64,000 nucleotides of DNA from Lingula anatina (Eukaryota > Animalia > Brachiopoda), in the NCBI GenBank assembly GCA_051362555.1, contig CM120640.1, positions 46,168,788-46,232,787 of the forward strand, written 5' to 3'. Positions 58,201-64,000 of this stretch are shown here, in pieces; position 1 is the stretch's first letter, and the number at the start of each line of letters is the position of its first letter. A program made the translations under genes and the position numbers. The notes beneath the pieces were generated by a model. The model was not told the origin of the DNA. It did not search any database and worked only from the letters and a program-made list of their open reading frames with translations.

Positions 58201-61200
58201 ATACTGGCAATCTAAATGTGACCTTGAAATTGACCTTTGACCTACTTTTCACCATAAACTGAACTTTGCAAAATTTGCTTCCCTTTTATCTCCAAAACTG
58301 GCAGAGATAGGTCCATAGTTACTATTGAACTTGAATAGGAAGTCATATACTGGCAATCTAAATGTGACCTTAAAATTGACCTTTGACCTACTTTACACCA
58401 TGAACTGAATTTTGCAAATTTTGCTTTCCTTTTATCTCCAAAACTGGCAGAGATAGGTCCATAGTTACTATTGAACTTGAATAGGAAGTCATATACTGGC
58501 AATCTAAATGTGACCTTGAAATTGACCTTTGACCTACTTTTCACCATGAACTGAACTTTGCAAATTTTGCTTTCCTTTTATCTCCAAAACTGGCAGAGAT
58601 AGGTCCATAGTTACTATTGAACTTGAAAAGGAAGTCATATACTGGCAATCTAAATGTGACCTTAAAATTGACCTTTGACCTACTTTACACCATGAACTGA
58701 ATTTTGCAAATTTTGCTTCCCTTTTATCTCCAAAACTGGCAGAGATAGGTCCATAGTTACTATTGAACTTAAATAGGAAGTCATATACTGGCAATCTAAA
58801 TGTGACCTTGAAATTGACCTTTGACCTACTTTTCACCATGAACTGAACTTTGCAAATTTTGCTTTCCTTTTATCTCCAAAACTGGCAGAGATAGGTCCAT
58901 AGTTACTATTGAACTCGAATAGGAAGTCATATACTGGCAATCTAAATGTGACCTTAAAATTGACCTTTGACCTACTTTACACAATGAACTGAATTTTGCA
59001 AATTTTGCTTTCCTTTTATCTCCAAAACTGGCAGAGATAGGTCCATAGTTACTATTGAACTTGAATAGGAAGTCATATACTGGCATTATAAATGTGACAT
59101 TAAAATTGACCTTTGTCCTACTTTTCACCATAAACTGAACTTTGCAAATTTTGCTTCCCTTTTATCTCCAAAACTGGCAGAGATAGGTCCATAGTTACTA
59201 TTGAACTTGAATAGGAAGTCATATACTGGCAATCTAAATGTGACCTTGAAATTGACCTTTGACCTACTTTTCACCATGAACTGAACTTTGCAAATTTTGC
59301 TTTCCTTTTATCTCCAAAACTGGCAGAGATAGGTCCATAGTTACTATTGAACTTGAAAAGGAAGTCATATACTGGCAATCTAAATGTGACCTTAAAATTG
59401 ACCTTTGACCTACTTTACACCATGAACTGAATTTTGCAAATTTTGCTTCCCTTTTATCTCCAAAACTGGCAGAGATAGGTCCATAGTTACTATTGAACTT
59501 AAATAGGAAGTCATATACTGGCAATCTAAATGTGACCTTGAAATTGACCTTTGACCTACTTTTCACCATGAACTGAACTTTGCAAATTTTGCTTTCCTTT
59601 TATCTCCAAAACTGGCAGAGATAGGTCCATAGTTACTATTGAACTTGAATAGGAAGTCATATACTGGCAATCTAAATGTGACCTTAAAATTGACCTTTGA
59701 CCTACTTTACACAATGAACTGAATTTTGCAAATTTTGCTTTCCTTTTATCTCCAAAACTGGCAGAGATAGGTCCATAGTTACTATTGAACTTGAATAGGA
59801 AGTCATATACTGGCATTATAAATGTGACATTAAAATTGACCTTTGTCCTACTTTTCACCATAAACTGAACTTTGCAAATTTTGCTTCCCTTTTATCTCCA
59901 AAACTGGCAGAGATAGGTCCATAGTTACTATTGAACTTGAATAGAAAGTCATATACTGGCAATCTAAATGTGACCTTGAAATTGACCTTTGACCTACTTT
60001 TTATCATGAACTGAACTCTGCTAATTTCTTTCTCTTTTAACTTCAAACTTGACAGAGATAGGTCCATAGTTACTCTTGAACTTGAATAGGAAGTCATATA
60101 CTGGCAATTTACTGTGACCTTGAAATTGACCCTTGACCTACCTTACGAAGAACTTAAATTTGATTGTACCATATATATTTTTTGCAATAGTTTAAAAATT
60201 CTTGTTGATTGCATTTTTACAGCTTGTCAAGCACAAAACTGGTGGCTGTGTCCCTTATTTTGTGTATGTGGGGGTCTATACGAATGCGCTTGCTCCAGCT
60301 GGTGGTACAATATTCGGAGGCGGTATCGCCTCTCTGATCCTCTAGTTAATATAAGGTGATAGTGTGAAAAAAGTGCCAATTTTGATTTACCATTTGATTG
60401 AATTGTTCATTTGCTAGAACTGCACATTCTGATGTTAATTCTGTTAATGATGATGAGCCTGGGAAAGACTCAGAGGTACCAGTAGCATGTTAGCCAGGGA
60501 AAGCACAGAAATAAAACATTGTGCCTAAATATGAGAACCAGGTCACAGGATGATGTTTGGCATTTTTTAACCTCTAAATTCTACAAAATATCGATTAAGC
60601 TAATGACTAGGCCGACCAAGGCCGTTTTCTTATGATGTGTGATTATATTTACTATTACTGAAGATCCAAATAATAACCAAGAAGTATTTTGATAAAGCTC
60701 ATTCATTGATTTTCCTAACAAAAATTCAAAATTTTTATGAGGCTTTAAACTGTCTCCTGCAGATGAGTGCCATTGCCTGGCTTTTGAGAAATAAGATCTG
60801 TTGCGGAAGTGAAAAATAAATATGTTGGTCACATATAACACTATAAATACAATGAATCAGTGATGAATAGATACAAAGTGCATTGCTACACTCTTAATCA
60901 TAGTTTAAATATTAATACAAATACAAATAAGATAACGTAGCAAATATCTGTCAGAAACACATTTGTCAAGTGAGAGCAAAAAAAAAAAAAAGCTTTACTA
61001 TAAATAACTTATGAACAACGTTGAAATATATAGGAGTGTGCATTTATTAAAAAGCTGGCATGTAGACAGCAAACTGAATTTCAACTGCAAACAAGTGGTT
61101 TACTCCACTAACAACTCTTAGAATATTGTGAATTGTAAAGTTATCCCAGTCCAGTATATAATAAGTAGATATGAAGCAAATTATATCATTGCAAAACAGT

Positions 61201-63802
61201 TGTTCTTTAAGGAAATTATTAATTAAGACTTATTCTTCCAGTGGATGCTCATTTACTTGGACGTTGCTATACTTTTTCACAGCATTGGATGGTGGATGGT
61301 AAAAATTAATATCTTTTATCTCTGTTTGTTCAGTGCAGGGATGGTAATTAAGTAGGCCTACTGATTATGTTCACAATAAAATTTTTAAGTGTTTAAGCAG
61401 GGATTATATCAGTTTATCTACAGGCCAAGATTGATAAACATGTAGTTTTTATATAAAACAGAATTTGTTTTTGAATATTTCAGCAATTTTAAGACACCAA
61501 CAACACTAGTAAGGAAAATTATAATTAATTAATGAGTTAACTAATTAAATGATAATCATTAATGATGAGAATTGAGCTGATTTTCTGGGGGTCTGTGCTC
61601 TATGAGTGCTTTGCTAGTTTCTGTTGATGCACCAGCATTGGTATCTCTAGTTGATATAAGAGAAGACATTTTTCAGGAAGAAGGGGTTGATGTACTTAAA
61701 GAAAAACCTGGATCTCCATCACCCATTTGTCTTGCAACTGGTCATGTGCTTCAGTTTAGTAGTAAGTCTTTTCATGTGCTTGTGCTTCAGTTTAGTAGTA
61801 AGTCTTTTCATGTGCTTGCTTAACTATTTATCATAACTGTACCCAGTAAGATAATAGAGAGTTTCCGTTGCCGGTGAGATATGCCAGCTAGATTAATACA
61901 TCATCGGTTTGTGCGCACTTGTGACGTTTACCGCGTTCATATACCGTCGTCCTATCTAGTCTGAAGAATACAAGTGCTCCTATCTAGCCAGCGCGGAAGA
62001 TAATTGAAAATAGTTATTAAAGGTTATGGTTGCTAATTTATATGTCTTATAGACTTTTTTATAATAGTTCAAGTGTACGTTCATGCCAATTTGGACTTTT
62101 TAAGAGAGAGGAGTCGCTAGTTTTGGTTTATCAGGCACGTAGTCGGGGGTTGATCGTGGGGTTTTTACTAACCGCCATTTTTGTCGGGCAAAATTGCACT
62201 TTTGGGTAATATTTGTCTCCTTTTTCATAAAAAAGAATTTCCCCCTTGGAAATAGATGGCTACGGGACCGTATATTGTTATTATATTGGAATGAACGCCA
62301 CCTATGGCGGGAAGCGCCAGCATTTACCGGAGCGTGAAGAGAGTAGCGCGTTACTGGATACATTTGCATATACGTAACAATCTAGCCGTCGTATGCCAAC
62401 TGCACCGGAAACTCTCTATTAATTTTATTATTATTATACATTACAATTTTGGTCGAAGAATATTGATAATGCATAGAATTTATTTTATTTTTTTTATATG
62501 AATTTGTTGTTTCCATGGGGTTTTTTTCTGTGTTTCAGATTGGTTTTCCATTTTAGCAGCATTCAATATAACCCTGTGTTGTTCAGTGCGAATAGGATGC
62601 AAGATAGTATTGGATAAGTGGTGGTAAGTGATAAAAGAGATGAAACACGTGGTGTAATCTTTAAAATGATACTTTTAGAAAATACTAATGAAAATACATG
62701 TTCATGTTAATGAAATGATTTATAAGATTAAATTAAAAGGCAAATTAAGCTTTTCTTGTTCACAGTGATTGTTTGGGTGTTTACATGTGTCAGGAGACTC
62801 AAATTCCTTTGATATTTATTATTTGTAATATGTAATCGGTGTGATAAAAAGTAAGAATTATAACATGCAGAATATCACATTGTGAAGCTTTTTCAAATAA
62901 TAAGGGTCATGGCAAGAAAAGAAAAAACCCAAAGTGGTGTTGCCAGAGAGTGGCAGCTTGGTACAAGGTTCACATCCTCCTAAATGCATTGAAAAATTTT
63001 TTTTTCTTTTTTTTTTCTCAGGATCACCATCATTGTTTGCTTGCTTGTTTCTCTGTTCTTTACATTCATCCCTTGGGCAGGGAATGCATATGGCCCAGAT
63101 GGCCTTGAATATGGAATGTGGTGGTAAGTCTACACATCATGTTATGATAAACGTAACTATACTTTACTGAATATACTGTTCTTACAATTTTGTACTTCAG
63201 AACTTTCTGGACATGAAAACTTAATCATGAATTCACAAGATATATTGTGCAGATGCTAGCCATCAAAACAAAATTTCCATTGCATTCTCTAGATTATAGT
63301 TTGTACTTTTTTTATCATTTCCTATGATTTTATTGCCATTAAAGCATTAATTTGCATTTCCAGCTGGATTCGCAATGATAAACTTTGGTGGCAGTTTGGA
63401 ACGTAAGTATTGATATTAGTTTTGTTTGAACATGTATTTGCTGTGTGCAGTAGAATATGTATTTTGTGATAAAGAATGTAGAGGAACAAGTGCATATGGC
63501 ATTCAGTCTGATGATATACTTGAGACAGGAACCAAGTGTAGCTGTTTTATGTAAAATTTTGTGCCAAAGTAAATGATCATTATCACTAGAATCATTAGCA
63601 AATACAATTCCATGGAACCATAAACAATCTTATTGATAATATTGATTTATGTTGAAATAGAAACAAATATTAATTTTATTTAATAAAAACTAATTTATGA
63701 ATATTTTTATTCTTATATTTCAGGTGGTATATTTGGTTACTCATAGGGATATTGCTGATGTTTTTTATGCCCATCATTGCATATTCCTGCAGACGAAAAT
63801 GC
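55299..63802 (+). CDS. cAMP-receptor-like (CrlA/GPR157-related) 7TM GPCR, 3'-partial; exons 55299-55361, 55902-55954, 56586-56658, 61242-61298, 61677-61761, 62539-62623, 63022-63123, 63364-63402, 63724-63802
   Basis: Small GT-AG exons splice into one frame: RRIISTIAAVGCILLLIFIIW (TM1), MLIYLDVAILFHSIG (TM2), PICLATGHVLQFSNWFSILAAFNIT (TM3), ITIIVCLLVSLFFTFIPWAGNAYGP...WCWIR...WQFGTWYIWL (TM4-5). The P...YG...WCWI motif is typical of this family. The ORF track misses almost all of this gene. Confidence 0.75.
56038..56405. mobile_element. Fold-back MITE-like element with long imperfect TIRs
   Basis: ttatcaaacacaagc/gcttgtgtttgataa and catcagattgatgtgagcagatgttgatac/gtatcaacatctgctcacatcagtctgatg. 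Confidence 0.75.
56697..60347 (+). mobile_element. Non-autonomous Helentron-associated element (HINE/DINE-1-like) carrying a satellite array
   Basis: Subterminal IR ttgtaccaccagc (56697-56709) / gctggtggtacaa (60298-60310); 5' partial IR gctggcggtac (56716-56726); (ccggctccg)n microsatellite ~56755-56797; central tandem array; 3' stem-loop gaggcg-gtat-cgcctc (60317-60332); T-T ends without a clear TSD. Confidence 0.75.
57695..60140. repeat. 146-bp tandem satellite, ~17 copies
   Basis: The unit containing tatctccaaaactggcagagataggtccatagttactattgaa...tgaccttgaaattgacctttgacc recurs every 146 bp. Confidence 0.97.
61746..61817 (+). repeat. Perfect 36-bp tandem duplication spanning a GPCR splice donor
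   Basis: gtgcttcagtttagtagtaagtcttttcatgtgctt occurs twice. Confidence 0.9.
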
Positions 63803-64000
63803 GTAAGTTGATATATGCACTACTAGTAAAACTGTATTGATTTTTAAAAGTTTTTGGCCCCTTTTGGAGTAGATGCCCGATTACCATCTCCTCCCTCACC
63901 CCTTTAATCCCAGCTGTCACCCTTTAGTGAGGCATGTTACAAACAAGTAAACTAAATCATGTTTTATTGTATATTTAGCCATTTTTTGTAAGAATGCATT

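Noticed and set aside
57695-60140. Possible CRISPR array, or repeated 101-aa genes (MVKSRSKVNFKV...)
   Set aside because: The units are head-to-tail with no unique spacers, and there are no cas genes. The ORFs are a by-product of the 146-bp period cycling through reading frames.
62539-62623. Suspected frameshift or pseudogene in the GPCR TM3 exon
   Set aside because: Re-reading (ata acc ctg tgt) shows the exon is open with phases 1 and 2, matching its neighbours.

Overview
AT-rich, intron-containing animal genomic DNA (GT-AG introns, microsatellites, MITEs). The gene and repeat content suggests a marine invertebrate, probably a lophotrochozoan/mollusc (inference). It is not prokaryotic and has no CRISPR, rRNA or tRNA that I can support. 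Eight spliced genes were reconstructed by hand, with exon phases checked at the junctions listed. (1) The 3' part of a class C GPCR-derived receptor with at least two tandem Venus-flytrap domains but only one TM helix and a Tyr-motif tail (+). (2) A Tectonic-2-like ciliary gene with mucin-like insertions (-). (3) A SUEL-lectin type I receptor nested antisense in a tectonic intron (+). (4) A PNLDC1/Trimmer-like PARN-family exonuclease head-to-head with tectonic (+). (5) A divergent protein kinase (-). (6) An unrecognised low-complexity protein (+). (7) A Roco GTPase with LRR-ROC-COR followed by two CARD-like domains (-). (8) A cAMP-receptor-like 7TM GPCR running off the right end (+), whose intron holds a Helentron/HINE-like element with a 146-bp tandem array. 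Several MITE families are also present (5-bp TSD, TTAA TSD, TAA TSD, fold-backs). The most unusual candidates are the single-pass tandem-VFT receptor, the Roco-2xCARD protein and the nested lectin receptor. Novelty cannot be confirmed without database searches.
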